Source: Atractiella rhizophila
Lineage: Eukaryota
Direction: 5' to 3'
Length of the DNA: 37,061 nucleotides
NCBI GenBank assembly: GCA_021432655.1
Contig: MU271633.1
Location: forward strand, 1-37,061
In this document: piece after piece, positions 36,901-37,061 of the stretch
Layout: the number at the start of each line of letters is the position of its first letter
Numbering within the stretch: the stretch's first letter is position 1
Notes under the pieces: model-generated
Told to the model about the DNA's origin: nothing
Seen by the model: the letters and a program-made list of their open reading frames with translations, nothing else
Database searches by the model: none
Made by a program: the position numbers and the translations under genes

Positions 36901-37061
36901 ATGGCACCTTGTGACTGAGTTCTCGTCTGTTCAGCGCTCTCCTTTACTGATGTTGAGGGTAGCCATTCTCCTCACTGGACTTCACTGGACCCAACCCTCC
37001 CTCCCCGGCTGGGGATGGAGCGAGGAGCGCGTCAGAACCGGCTTAGCCAAATGCGAAGAGA
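36901..37061 (+). CDS. 5' end of an unknown protein (runs off the window)
   Basis: ATG in an aaaATGG context, a 10-nt exon, and a 52-nt intron (36911-36962, branch ctgat). The frame is then open: MAPSILLTGLHWTQPSLPGWGWSEERVRTGLAKCEE. Confidence 0.6.

Noticed and set aside
36971..36990. Tandem 10-mer (C/T)TCACTGGAC
   Set aside because: Only two copies, inside predicted coding sequence; not an array.

Overview
Gene-dense fungal nuclear DNA with many GT-AG introns of about 45-65 nt. The gene set and intron style point to a basidiomycete (inference). I reconstructed about 17 spliced genes by hand, several missed or fragmented by the ORF track. They are a partial PPSY-motif protein, a 15-intron Lac12/CDT-like sugar porter, an intronless F-box protein, RidA/YjgF, mitochondrial bL27 (MRP7), pyroglutamyl peptidase I, a Ser-rich unknown, RBM25/SNU71, SEC6, PGK1, a large repeat-bearing disordered protein, VPS36, a type I membrane protein, a secreted Rds1-like ferritin-fold protein, MIC19, GCD2, CHO1 and the start of one more gene. 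I recognised no rRNA, tRNA, CRISPR array or intact transposon, and no clearly new multi-gene system. The best signals are in splicing and reading frame. PGK1 has a cryptic 56-nt intron over its stop codon that would give a PTS1-like ...KKRAML end. An oversized RBM25 intron holds a candidate stop-containing cassette exon. VPS36 has a 1-nt frameshift. The Rds1-like protein has six RGG-x-L repeats and a degenerate di-iron site. All calls come from manual reading, with no database searches run.
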